A DNA stretch of 64,000 bases from Thermoanaerobaculia bacterium (lineage in GTDB: Bacteria > Acidobacteriota > Thermoanaerobaculia > UBA5066 > Gp7-AA6), in the NCBI GenBank assembly GCA_035263845.1, contig DATFQY010000198.1, positions 356-64,355 of the forward strand. Reading direction: 5' to 3'. Shown piece by piece: positions 54,290-64,000 of the stretch. Made by a program: the position numbers and the translations under genes. A model generated the notes under the pieces. The model saw only the letters and a list, made by a program, of their open reading frames with translations, had not been told where the DNA came from and did not search any database. Position 1 is the stretch's first letter; the number at the start of each line of letters is the position of its first letter.

Positions 54290-55269
54290 ACCGCGCGAAG
54301 ATCGTCGGGACGGGCTCCTCCGTTCCGAAGAAGATCCTGACGAACGCCGACCTCGAGAAGATCGTCGCGACGAGCGACCAGTGGATCACGGAGCGCACCG
54401 GCATCAAGGAGCGACACATCGTCGTGGACGGGGAGAAGTTCTCCGATCTCTGCACGAAGGCGTCCGAGGGGGCGCTGAAGCGGGCGCACATGAAGGCCGA
54501 GGACATCGACATGATCCTCGTCGGGACGATCTCGGGCGACATGCCGTTCCCGGCGACCGCGTGCCTCGTGCAGAAGAACCTCGGCGCGTCGAAGGCGGCC
54601 GCGTCCGACGTCGGCGCGGCCTGCGTCGGCTTCCTCTACGGGCTGCACCTGGCCGACGGGCTGATCCAGTCCGCCAAGGCGGAGAACGTCCTCGTCATCG
54701 GGGGCGAGATCCTCTCGCGCTACGTGGACTGGACCGACCGCTCGACCTGCGTTCTCTTCGGCGACGGCGCGGGCGCCGTCATCCTGCAGGCGACGAAGGG
54801 CGACCACGGGATCCTCGGGACGCGCATGAAGTCCGACGGCAAGTACGCCGACTTCATCCACATGCCGGGCGGCGGCTCCAACTTCCCGGCCAATGACCCG
54901 CGCACCTGCGAGCAGAGACTCCCGTACATCAAGATGAAGGGGAACGAGACCTTCAAGGTCGCCGTCAAGGCGATGGCGGACATCACGGCGGGCGTCCTGA
55001 AGGAACAGGGCTTCGCCAACGAGGACGTCAAGGTCTTCATCCCGCACCAGGCCAACGAGCGCATCATCGACGCGGTGGGTTCGCGGCTGAAGTTCCCTCC
55101 GGAGCGCGTCTACAAGAACGTGGACCGCTACGGCAACACATCCGCCGCCTCGATCCCGATCGCCCTGGACGAGCTCGTCGCCGCCGACCGGCTGCACGCG
55201 GGAGATCTCGTTCTGATGACCGCGTTCGGCGCGGGCCTCGTCTGGGGATCGGCGCTGGTTCGCTGGTGA
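54286..55269 (+). CDS. fabH: 3-oxoacyl-ACP synthase III
   Basis: The TTG overlaps the plsX stop (TTGA). Contains NRAKIVGTGSSVPKKILTNADLE...DQWITERTGIKERH, AACVGF, HQAN and GNTSAAS. Confidence 0.93.
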   Translation: MNRAKIVGTGSSVPKKILTNADLEKIVATSDQWITERTGIKERHIVVDGEKFSDLCTKASEGALKRAHMKAEDIDMILVGTISGDMPFPATACLVQKNLGASKAAASDVGAACVGFLYGLHLADGLIQSAKAENVLVIGGEILSRYVDWTDRSTCVLFGDGAGAVILQATKGDHGILGTRMKSDGKYADFIHMPGGGSNFPANDPRTCEQRLPYIKMKGNETFKVAVKAMADITAGVLKEQGFANEDVKVFIPHQANERIIDAVGSRLKFPPERVYKNVDRYGNTSAASIPIALDELVAADRLHAGDLVLMTAFGAGLVWGSALVRW

Positions 55270-56168
55270 GCCTCGCGCTTCTTTTCCCCGGGCAGGGCTC
55301 GCAGACCGTCGGGATGGGGAAGGCCCTCTTCGACGGCTCGGAGGCGGCGCGGCAAGTCTTCGAGGAGGCCGACGCCGCGCTGGGGTTCCCGCTGTCGCGG
55401 CTTTGCTTCGAGGGGCCGGAAGAAGAGCTGAAGCTCACCGCCAACACCCAGCCCGCGATCCTGACGCACTCGATTGCCGCCTTCCGCGACCTCGAGGCCC
55501 GCTTCCCCGAGCGCCTGGAGGGCGCCGCTTTCGCGGCGGGCCACTCGCTGGGGGAGTACTCGGCCAACGTCGCCGCGGGGTCGCTCTCCTTCGCCGACGC
55601 CGTGAGGATCGTGCGCCTGCGCGGTAAGTTCATGCAGGAAGCCGTCCCCGCGGGCGTCGGCGCGATGGCGGCCATCGTGGGGCTCCCGCCCGAGCAAGTC
55701 GAGGCCGCGTGCCGGGAATCGGAGCAGGGAGAGGTCGTCTCGCCGGCCAACTTCAACTCGCCCGAGCAGACCGTCATCGCCGGGCATGCTGCCGCGGTCG
55801 CCCGGGCCTCGGAAGCGTGCACCGCCCGGGGAGCGAAGCGGGCGATCCCTCTCCCCGTCTCGGCTCCGTTTCACTGCTCCCTGATGGCGCCGGCGCGGGA
55901 GAAGCTGCGTCCCCACCTCGAGGACGCGGGTTTCCAGACGGCGAGGATTCCCGTGGTGACCAACGCGGATGCCCGCCCCGCCGGGGAGGGCGTCTCCCTG
56001 CGGGACGCGCTTCTTCGCCAGGTGGACTCGCCCGTCCGCTGGGTGGAATCGGTCCGCCTCCTCGCCGCATCCGGCGTGGACCGTGCCCTGGAGATCGGTC
56101 CCGGCAATGTCCTCTCGGGCCTCGTCCGCCGAATCGAAAAAACCATCAAGATGGAGACTTGTGGCTAG
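55266..56168 (+). CDS. fabD: malonyl CoA-ACP transacylase
   Basis: LLFPGQGSQ, GHSLGEYSA and FHCSLM motifs. GTGA overlap with fabH. Confidence 0.95.
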   Translation: MSLALLFPGQGSQTVGMGKALFDGSEAARQVFEEADAALGFPLSRLCFEGPEEELKLTANTQPAILTHSIAAFRDLEARFPERLEGAAFAAGHSLGEYSANVAAGSLSFADAVRIVRLRGKFMQEAVPAGVGAMAAIVGLPPEQVEAACRESEQGEVVSPANFNSPEQTVIAGHAAAVARASEACTARGAKRAIPLPVSAPFHCSLMAPAREKLRPHLEDAGFQTARIPVVTNADARPAGEGVSLRDALLRQVDSPVRWVESVRLLAASGVDRALEIGPGNVLSGLVRRIEKTIKMETCG

Positions 56169-57092
56169 GGCAGGGGTAAGGGGACTCTCCTTCGTCGCTC
56201 TCGTTCTCCTCGTCGCCTCCGGCTGCGCCACCACCGGCGCCGGCGGCGGCTCGTCCCTCGACGCCGCGGTGGACGCCGCCTCGAAGCGCTGTGCCTGCCG
56301 CATCGGCGTGGCCGTGCGGCACCTGGAGAGCGGCAAGACCTACGAGCGCAACGGCGACTCGGAGTTCGAATCCGCCTCGGTCATCAAGATCGCGATCCTG
56401 ACTGAAGCGATGGCGCAGGTCCGCGACGGCAAGATCTCGCTCGCCGACCGCTGGACGCTGACGGAGGAGAAGAAGGCCGACGGGTCCGGGACTCTTGTGA
56501 TCCTGGATCCCGGCCTGAATCCGACCTGGAGCGACCTGATCACGCTGATGATCGGCCCCTCCGACAACACGGCGACCAACGCCTGGATCGAGCGGCTCGG
56601 CATCGGCTCGATCAATGCGCGGATGACCGGGATGGGCCTGCCACACATCCACCTCTTCGCGACGATCCCCGCGCTCTCCCACGCGCACGACGACCCCTCC
56701 CCGTGGAAGGGCTTTCGCCTCGGAACCGTCACGCCGCGGGAGCTCGCCGACTGGATGGGGCGCGTGGCACGGGGCGAGGTGATCGACGCGGAGTCCTCGA
56801 AGAAGATTTTCGATTACCTCGACAAGGACCCAACACGGCAGCGGATCGCGCGGCGCTTTCCCTCGGAGATGCTCTGGGCCGGCAAGAGCGGCTCCATGCG
56901 GGGAGTACGCAATGACGCCGGCGTCCTCCGGACGAAGAAGGGTCGGTTCGTCCTCGTCGTCTTGACCGACGGCAGCAAGGCCGACCCGCCCAACGCCGCG
57001 GACCACCCCTCCGTCCTGGCGATCGGCGATGTGGCCAAAGCAATCGTGGACGCGTGGAACAAGGACCTCCCCGATATCGTGGAGAAGCCGAA

Positions 57093-57096
<4 letters not shown>
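56161..57096 (+). CDS. class A beta-lactamase-like serine hydrolase, probable lipoprotein
   Basis: GTG 56161 gives MARAGVRGLSFVALVLLVASGC, a lipobox-like signal. SVIK (SxxK), SDN and KSG triads are all present. It overlaps the fabD end by 8 nt and its stop overlaps the fabG ATG. Confidence 0.75.
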
Positions 57097-57836
<740 letters not shown>

Positions 57837-57905
57837 GCTTGCCCCGATGGGGTTAATGGGGAAGAATACGGCGGCTTTCCGATCTGAGAAGAAAGGGGAA
57901 GACGA

Positions 57906-58145
57906 ATGAGCGTGGAAGATAAGGTCAAGAGCATCATCGTCGAGCAGCTCGGCGTGGACGCCAACGAGGTCACCCCGGAAGCCTCCTTCGTGGACGACCT
58001 CGGGGCGGATTCTCTTGACACGGTGGAGCTCGTGATGGCTTTCGAAGAAGCTTTCAACATCGAGATTCCCGACGAGGCCGCCGAGAAGATCCAGAAGGTC
58101 AAAGACGCCGTCGCCTACATCGAGAAGAATTCCCCTCAGAACTGA
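57906..58145 (+). CDS. acpP: acyl carrier protein
   Basis: [17 protein letters not shown] phosphopantetheine site. 79 aa. Confidence 0.97.
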   Translation: MSVEDKVKSIIVEQLGVDANEVTPEASFVDDLGADSLDTVELVMAFEEAFNIEIPDEAAEKIQKVKDAVAYIEKNSPQN

Positions 58146-58163
58146 CCCCGGTCCTGAAAACCC

Positions 58164-59420
58164 ATGCCACGTTTTTCCGCGCCGCGCCGTGTGGCCGTGA
58201 CGGGGATCGGCCTCGTTTCCCCGGTCGGGATCGGGAACGCCGCCAACTGGGAGGCGATCCTCTCGGGAAAGAACGGCGTCGGCCCGATCACCCGCTTTGA
58301 CCCGTCTCCCTTCGCCTGCCGCATCGCGGCGGAAGTGAAGGGTTTCGACCCCTCCCTCTTCATTCCGAAGAAGGAGATCAAGAAGATGGACACTTTCATC
58401 CACTACGCGATGGGGGCGGCCCACTTCGCGATGGAAGACTCGGGGCTTCCGGTCACCGACGAGAACCGCGAGAGGATCGCGGTGATCGTCGGGTCGGGCA
58501 TCGGCGGGCTTCCGCTCATCGAGCGCACGCAGAAGGAGTTCGTCGAGTCGGGCAGCAGCGCCCGCGTCATCTCGCCGTTTTTCATCACGGGCCTCATCGT
58601 CAACGAGGCCGCCGGGAATATCTCGATCAAGTACGGCCTGAAGGGGCCGAACCTGGCGACCGTGACCGCCTGCACGACGGGCGCGCACGCGGTCGGCGAG
58701 GCCTACCGCAAGATCCAGTACGGGGAGGCGAACTCGGCGGTGGCCGGGGGAACGGAGTCGGTCATCACTCCGCTCGCCGTCGGGGGATTCGACGTCATGC
58801 GGGCGCTCTCCAGGCGAAACGATGCGCCGGAGAAGGCCTCCCGACCGTGGGACAAGGGGCGCGACGGCTTCGTCATCGGGGAGGGAGCGGGCCTCGTCGT
58901 CCTCGAAGAGATGGAGGCGGCAAAGAAGCGAGGAGCGAACATCTACTGCGAGCTCGTCGGGTACGGAATGTCCGGCGACGCGTTCCACATCGCCGCTCCT
59001 TCGGAAGACGGCGACGGCCCGGCGCGCGTCATGCGCAACGCCCTGGAGGACGCCGGATTGAATCCCGGGCAGATCGACTACATCAACGCGCACGGGACCT
59101 CGACGCCCGCCGGCGACAAGGCCGAGACGGTCGCGATCAAGCTGGTCTTCGGGGACCACGCCAAGAAGCTCGCGGTCTCCTCGACCAAGTCCATGACGGG
59201 TCACCTGCTCGGCGCAGCCGGCGGCCTCGAGACGGCGATCTGCGCGCTGGCCGTCCGCGACCAGGTCATGCCGCCGACGATCAATTACGACGAGCCCGAC
59301 CCCGAGTGCGACCTCGACTACGTCCCCAACCAGGCGCGCCGCGCCCCGATCCAATACGCCCTCTCCAACTCCTTCGGCTTCGGCGGCACCAACGGCTGCC
59401 TCATCGTCAAACGCATCTAG
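58164..59420 (+). CDS. fabF: 3-oxoacyl-ACP synthase II
   Basis: RVAVTGIGLVSP, TACTTGAH, NAHGTSTP and GHLLGAAG motifs. Confidence 0.96.
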   Translation: MPRFSAPRRVAVTGIGLVSPVGIGNAANWEAILSGKNGVGPITRFDPSPFACRIAAEVKGFDPSLFIPKKEIKKMDTFIHYAMGAAHFAMEDSGLPVTDENRERIAVIVGSGIGGLPLIERTQKEFVESGSSARVISPFFITGLIVNEAAGNISIKYGLKGPNLATVTACTTGAHAVGEAYRKIQYGEANSAVAGGTESVITPLAVGGFDVMRALSRRNDAPEKASRPWDKGRDGFVIGEGAGLVVLEEMEAAKKRGANIYCELVGYGMSGDAFHIAAPSEDGDGPARVMRNALEDAGLNPGQIDYINAHGTSTPAGDKAETVAIKLVFGDHAKKLAVSSTKSMTGHLLGAAGGLETAICALAVRDQVMPPTINYDEPDPECDLDYVPNQARRAPIQYALSNSFGFGGTNGCLIVKRI

Positions 59421-59473
59421 TCGGTCCGGTTTCCGGAGCCGAGATGGTATAAATTGAACAACAAGGGCTATTC

Positions 59474-62473
59474 TTGGACGACTCCGCTGGCCCAGCTGCG
59501 CGCCGGGTTTCCACGGGCCCATGGTCCGGGAGATTTCTCCCCGTCTGGCCGGCGCTCTTCCTCTTAACCGCCTCCGCGGCCGCCACGGAGCCTCCGGCAG
59601 GGCCGGCCGGTCCGTTGAGAGTCGGGCTCTCCGCCGTTGCGATCCCTTTTGTCGAGAACGACGGCAGTCACGATTCCACCATCGCCTTTTCCGCGGCCGG
59701 GCCCTGCGCGACGACCTTTGTGACTCGACGTGGAGAGATCGTCTACTTCTCGAAAGGGGCACCGGCCTGCGAGGGGTCGATCGAGGGATGGTCGCTGACC
59801 GAGGCGCCAGTGCGTCCGATCCAACGAACGCTCACTCCGGCGGGGGAGGAGCCGTCGGAGACTCGCGTCAGTTACTTCCTCGGGGACGATCCGGCGAATT
59901 GGCGAACAGGGCTGCGGACGTACGCGAGAGTCGGGATCGGGGAGTTGTGGCCAGGCGTCCGCCTGTCTCTTCGCTCGCGCGGACGAAGCGTCGAGAAGCT
60001 CTTCACCCTCGCCCCGGGCGCGAACGAGTCCGAGATCTGGATGCGTGTCTCCGGAAGCCGCTCGATGCGGATCGGGAAGGACGGAGCCCTGGAAATCACG
60101 ACGGGTTCGGACAGGGTTCGATTAACCCCGCCGATTGCGTACCAGGAAAAGGACGGGGCCCGGCGCGCTGTTTCCGCGCGATACCGACTTGCCGGATCCG
60201 ACTATGGTTTCCGGCTCGGGCGGCACGATCCGGAGCTGCCGGTCGTCATCGATCCGATGCTCCAGAGCAGTTATCTCGGCGGCACCGAATCCGACAGCGC
60301 GCACGCCCTGGCGGTTCATCCATCCACGGGGGAGGTTTACGTCGCGGGAACGGCGAGCTCCCCGGGCATCCCCAAGACCTCGGGAGGCGCGCAACCCCTT
60401 TACGGGGGCGGGGCCACCGAGGTCATCGTCGCGCGCTTCGATGCGAGCCTGACGACGCTGATCCAGGCCACCTATCTCGGCGCGAACGGAGACGACTCGG
60501 GTCTCGCCCTCGCCATTCACCCGGTCACGGGGGACGTGTACGTGGCAGGACTGACGAACTCCTTCACCTTTCCCAAGACGGCGGGAGGGGCGCAGGCGGC
60601 CATGAGCGGCTCGCAGGATGGCTTCGTAGCCCGATTGAATGCGAACTTGACGACTCTCATCCAGACGACTTACATCGGCGGAAGCGGAATTGACTCCGTG
60701 ACCGGGATGGCGGTCCATCCGATCTTCGGCGACGTCTATGTCGTTGGGACAACGTCCTCCGCGAACTTTCCCAAGACAGACGGCAGCTCTCAGCCGGCCT
60801 CTGGAGGAGGGGCTTCCGACGTTTTCGTGGCCCGACTGGACACGGGGCTGACGACGATCGTCCGGGCCACTTACGCCGGGGGAACCGGAGCCGACGCGGG
60901 ATCCGGGATCGCCATTGATCCCGCCACCGGACAGATCTACGTGACGGGATACACGGATTCGAAGGATTTCCCGGGCACCGCCGGAGGATCGCAGCCGACC
61001 TTTCCCCCAAGTGGGCCTAACTACACTGCCTTCGTACTCAGTTTGACCCCTGGTCTGACATCGATCGTACAGGCCACCTATCTTGGCGGCACTGGAGCCG
61101 AGATGGGAACCGCTCTGGCGATCCATCCCGCCTCGAGGGAGATTTACGTGACTGGGAACTCATCCTCGAGGGACTTTCCCAAGACCGCCGGCGGCGCGCA
61201 GCCAACGATGGGGAGGGGTTTCCCCGTCGCCTTCGTCGCGCGGCTGAATCCAGCCTTGACGAGCCTCATCCAGGCGACTTACCTGAGCGGCGACGTCGGG
61301 ACGTTCGGCAACGCCGTGACCATCTCTCCGATTTCGGGTGAGATCTACGCGGCGGGAGAAACGCAGTCCCTTGACTTTCCCCGAGCGGAAGGCGGGGCGC
61401 AGCTGACTCCCGGAATCGACCCGGATGGGAAAACCGTCATCGATGGATTCGTCGCTCGTTTGAACGCCAGCCTGACGGGTCTCTTCCAGAGCACCTATCT
61501 GGGCGGAAACTCGTCCGACCGCGCGTTCGCCGTCGCCGTTCATCCGGTCTCCGGGGATGTCTACGCCGCGGGGTTCACCTCTTCTTCGAACTTTCCCAAA
61601 ACGGCCGGAGGCGGGCAGGCGACGTTCGGAGGGGGGGAAGGCGGACGGGGGGACGCCTTCGTCACGCGCGTGACCGCGAACCTCGGAGCGACCGCGTGCA
61701 CGGCCGACGCAACCACCCTCTGTTTGAACGGCGGCCGCTTCCAGGTGCGGGCGGCGTGGACGACTCGGTCCGGCGCGAACGGTCCGGGACAGGCCGTTCG
61801 GTTGACCGGCGATACCGGCTACTTCTGGTTTTTTTCCGCAAACAACGTCGAAACGTTCGTCAAGGTGGTCAACGGCTGCGGCTTAAACTCGCACGTCTGG
61901 GCCTTCGGGGCGGGGCTGACCGACGTCAACGTGGAGCTGACCGTGAAGGATATGGTGTCGGGAGCCACGAGGACGTACGTCAATCCGCAGGGGACGGCCT
62001 TCCAGCCGATTCAAGACACGAGCGCGTTCACCGCCTGCTCGACGGCGGGCGGCGCCGAGTCGACCTCCGGACCGGTGATGGAGGACCGGATTCGAAGCGT
62101 CCGGCCCCACGGGGAAGAGGCCGCGTGCACGGTGGATGCGACGACGCTTTGCCTGAACAACGGTCGGTTCCGGGTCCAGACAAGCTTTCTGACGAGGGAC
62201 GGAGCGGCCGGGTCAGGGCAGGCCGTGGCGTTGACGGGTGACACGGGCTACTTCTGGTTTTTCAGTCCAAACAACGTTGAGATCATCACCAAGGTCGTGA
62301 CGGGTTGCCCGCTCAACGGGAACTACTGGACTTTCTCGGGCGGATTGACCGACGTCAACGTTCTGATGACGGTTATCGATACCCAAACGCTCGTCGCAAA
62401 GAACTACATCAACCCGCAGGGAACACCCTTCCAGCCCATCCAGGACACCGCCTCCTTCCCCACCTGTCCGTAA
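59474..62473 (+). CDS. large secreted protein: N-domain + ~7 SBBP-type beta-propeller repeats + two tandem unnamed Cys-bounded C-terminal domains
   Basis: TTG start and signal peptide ...RFLPVWPALFLLTASAAA. Repeats of the form (S/T)TYLGG.G.D...(I/V)A(V/I)(H/D)P..G(D/E)(V/I)YV.G.T.S..FP(K/G)T.GG.Q span nt ~60266-61680. The C-terminal domains fall at 61697-62038 and 62126-62470. Confidence 0.8.
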   Translation: MDDSAGPAARRVSTGPWSGRFLPVWPALFLLTASAAATEPPAGPAGPLRVGLSAVAIPFVENDGSHDSTIAFSAAGPCATTFVTRRGEIVYFSKGAPACEGSIEGWSLTEAPVRPIQRTLTPAGEEPSETRVSYFLGDDPANWRTGLRTYARVGIGELWPGVRLSLRSRGRSVEKLFTLAPGANESEIWMRVSGSRSMRIGKDGALEITTGSDRVRLTPPIAYQEKDGARRAVSARYRLAGSDYGFRLGRHDPELPVVIDPMLQSSYLGGTESDSAHALAVHPSTGEVYVAGTASSPGIPKTSGGAQPLYGGGATEVIVARFDASLTTLIQATYLGANGDDSGLALAIHPVTGDVYVAGLTNSFTFPKTAGGAQAAMSGSQDGFVARLNANLTTLIQTTYIGGSGIDSVTGMAVHPIFGDVYVVGTTSSANFPKTDGSSQPASGGGASDVFVARLDTGLTTIVRATYAGGTGADAGSGIAIDPATGQIYVTGYTDSKDFPGTAGGSQPTFPPSGPNYTAFVLSLTPGLTSIVQATYLGGTGAEMGTALAIHPASREIYVTGNSSSRDFPKTAGGAQPTMGRGFPVAFVARLNPALTSLIQATYLSGDVGTFGNAVTISPISGEIYAAGETQSLDFPRAEGGAQLTPGIDPDGKTVIDGFVARLNASLTGLFQSTYLGGNSSDRAFAVAVHPVSGDVYAAGFTSSSNFPKTAGGGQATFGGGEGGRGDAFVTRVTANLGATACTADATTLCLNGGRFQVRAAWTTRSGANGPGQAVRLTGDTGYFWFFSANNVETFVKVVNGCGLNSHVWAFGAGLTDVNVELTVKDMVSGATRTYVNPQGTAFQPIQDTSAFTACSTAGGAESTSGPVMEDRIRSVRPHGEEAACTVDATTLCLNNGRFRVQTSFLTRDGAAGSGQAVALTGDTGYFWFFSPNNVEIITKVVTGCPLNGNYWTFSGGLTDVNVLMTVIDTQTLVAKNYINPQGTPFQPIQDTASFPTCP

Positions 62474-62491
62474 GAGACTCTTTGGTCCCTT

Positions 62492-62520
62492 CCTCGGATT
62501 CCGCCGAGGTGTGTTTGTCA
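62492..62520 (+). terminator. Rho-independent-like terminator
   Basis: CCTCGG-ATTCCG-CCGAGG hairpin followed by the T-rich TGTGTTTGT, 19 nt after the stop codon. Confidence 0.5.
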
Positions 62521-62591
62521 GTTGTGAGTTTTCCCTTTTCAGTGTAGGAAGAGAAGCTGAGAACCTGGAAAGCGGAACTGATGACCCGGCC

Positions 62592-63377
62592 ATGAATTCT
62601 TTCGTAGCCATCGCCTACGTCCCGGACACGGAGACGCGGATCAAGATCTCCTCCGAAGGCAAGTCCATCGACGAGTCCGACGTCAAGTGGATCGTCTCAC
62701 CCTACGACGAGTACGCCCTCGAGGAGGCGCTGCGCACCAAGGAGGCGAAGGGCGCCGGCACTGTCCGCGTCGTGACGGTCGGACCCGACCGAGCCAAGGC
62801 GGGCCTGCGCGAATGCCTCGCCCGCGGCGCCGACGAGGCGGTCTTCGTGGACACGGGCGACTCGCGGTATCTGGACGCTTTCGGCACGGCTAAGGCGCTG
62901 GCGGCGGTCGCGAAGGAGTCCTCCTACGATTTTCTCTGGTTCGGCCAGAAAGGGGTCGGCTACGACGAATCTCTCGTCGGCCCGATGGTCGCCGAGCTCC
63001 TGGATTTGCCGCACGTGGGCAACGTCATCAAGCTCGAGGTGGGGGAAGGGAAAATCACGGCGCACCGGGAGATCGAGGGCGCGCACGAGATCGTCGAATC
63101 CACGCTGCCGGTCGTCCTGACCGCCCAGAAGGGCCTGAACGAGCCGCGCTACGCCTCGCTCAAGGGCATCATGGGCGCCAAGAAAAAGCCGATCGCCGAG
63201 AAGAAGCTCGCTGACCTTGGGATCCCCGAGGCGGACCCCGCCAACGCGAAGGTCCGATGGCGCAAGCTGGAGCTCCCTCCCGCCCGCCAGGCGGTCAAGC
63301 TCATCCCCGCCGACGACCCCGCCGCCGCCGCGAAGGAGCTGGTCCGCCTCCTCCGCGAGGAAGCCAAGGTGATCTGA
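62592..63377 (+). CDS. etfB: electron transfer flavoprotein beta subunit
   Basis: MNSFVAIAYVPDTETRIK..., SPYDEYALEEAL, QKGVGYDESLVGPMVAELL and RYASLKGIMGAKKK. 261 aa from ATG 62592. Confidence 0.92.
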   Translation: MNSFVAIAYVPDTETRIKISSEGKSIDESDVKWIVSPYDEYALEEALRTKEAKGAGTVRVVTVGPDRAKAGLRECLARGADEAVFVDTGDSRYLDAFGTAKALAAVAKESSYDFLWFGQKGVGYDESLVGPMVAELLDLPHVGNVIKLEVGEGKITAHREIEGAHEIVESTLPVVLTAQKGLNEPRYASLKGIMGAKKKPIAEKKLADLGIPEADPANAKVRWRKLELPPARQAVKLIPADDPAAAAKELVRLLREEAKVI

Positions 63378-63402
63378 GTGATGCCGCGTAACGGAGCAGG
63401 TT

Positions 63403-63490
63403 CCTCGGTCGCTTCGCTCCCTCTGAATGACGAGGCAAGGAACATACCGAGCACCCCCCTTTGTCTTCCTGAGCGAAGCGAAGGATCTAC
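63403..63490. repeat. inverted pair of the intergenic repeat family inside the etfB-etfA spacer
   Basis: The left arm, reverse-complemented, is CCTCGTCATTCAGAGGGAGCGAAGCGACCGAGG. The right arm is CCCCTTTGTCTTCCTGAGCGAAGCGAAGGATCTAC and ends 3 nt before the etfA ATG. Confidence 0.6.
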
Positions 63491-63493
63491 TCC

Positions 63494-64000
63494 ATGAAGT
63501 TCCTGGTTTTCATCGAACAGCGCGACGGGAAGATCCGCAAGGCTTCCCTCGAAGCGCTGTCACTCGCCCGCAAGCTGGGCGGCGGTCCCCAGGCAGCGGT
63601 CCTCCCCGGCAAGGGCGTCGAAGCGCTCGCGGCGGGCCTTGGAAAGTTCGGCGCCGGCGTCGTCTACGTCCCCGACCAGGAGGACCTCGCGCTCTACAGC
63701 GCCAAAGGCTACGTCGGCGCGCTGGACGCCGCGGCGAAGAAGGAAAACCCCGACGCCGTTCTTCTCGCCGCGACCGCGATGGGCAAGGACATGGCGCCGC
63801 GCTTCGCCGCCCGCCGGGGCGTCTCCGCGATCGTGGACCTGATGGACCTGCGCGTGGAAGACGGCCGCCTCGTCGGCGCGCGTCCCGTCTACTCCGGCAA
63901 GGCCCGTGCCGAGGTGGACTGTGGGAACGCCGCCATCCAGGTCGCCACGACCCGCCCCAACGTCTTCCCCGCGGAACCCCAGGACGCTCCCGACGCCCGA
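63494..64000 (+). CDS. etfA: electron transfer flavoprotein alpha subunit (3' end outside window)
   Basis: Hand translation gives MKFLVFIEQRDGKIRKASLEALSLARKLGG...LLAATAMGKDMAPRFAARRGVSAIVD...RPVYSGKA. It is open to the window edge and absent from the ORF track because it has no stop. Confidence 0.88.
   Translation, partial: MKFLVFIEQRDGKIRKASLEALSLARKLGGGPQAAVLPGKGVEALAAGLGKFGAGVVYVPDQEDLALYSAKGYVGALDAAAKKENPDAVLLAATAMGKDMAPRFAARRGVSAIVDLMDLRVEDGRLVGARPVYSGKARAEVDCGNAAIQVATTRPNVFPAEPQDAPDAR

Overview
The window is visibly GC-rich (about two-thirds G+C by eye), gene-dense bacterial chromosome. The gene content and protein families look Acidobacteriota-like, but that is inference only. No rRNA, CRISPR array, integrase, transposase or recognisable defence system was seen.

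The backbone is housekeeping:
- gpmI plus a glycogen-debranching-type gene.
- A 7-gene pentose-phosphate supercluster (tkt-rpiB-tal-pgi-gnd-zwf-pgl), chained almost entirely by 4-nt start/stop overlaps.
- An EF-G paralog and a membrane Ser/Thr kinase.
- A fluoride riboswitch with crcB and a DUF190 gene.
- lexA, rnc, dsbD plus a thioredoxin-TPR gene, and def.
- recA, pgpA-murB and manC.
- A moxR-DUF58-transglutaminase operon.
- A 4-gene exopolysaccharide glycosyltransferase operon.
- The yceD-rpmF-plsX-fabH-fabD-(class A beta-lactamase-like)-fabG-acpP-fabF cluster.
- etfB and etfA.
- Four tRNAs: Pro-CGG, Cys-GCA, Leu-UAA and Phe-GAA, all with encoded CCA.

The parts most worth a second look:
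1. An expanded family of secreted proteins built from a Cys-flanked SLH-like module plus a 7-bladed propeller. There are 3 intact copies and 2 decayed copies.
2. An unnamed Cys-bounded domain of about 105-115 aa, present as a tandem pair at the C-termini of two otherwise unrelated secreted proteins.
3. A Met/His/Cys-rich envelope gene cluster at 22.2-26.6 kb, made of a small Cys-rich protein, a beta-barrel, a 4-TM protein, a degenerate FMN_bind-like protein and an upstream Met-rich protein. It has no recognisable named system.
4. A tal|pgi junction where pgi has no canonical start codon. One extra A would fuse it to tal.
5. A short palindromic intergenic repeat family with at least 6 units, one pair of which sits inside the etfB-etfA spacer.
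6. An Omp85-type barrel with a non-POTRA, LolA-like N-terminal region immediately downstream of recA.

Many very long ORFs in the track are GC-driven shadow frames and were rejected. Hand-derived coordinates were anchored on ORF-track frames. Non-coding coordinates may be off by 1-2 nt.
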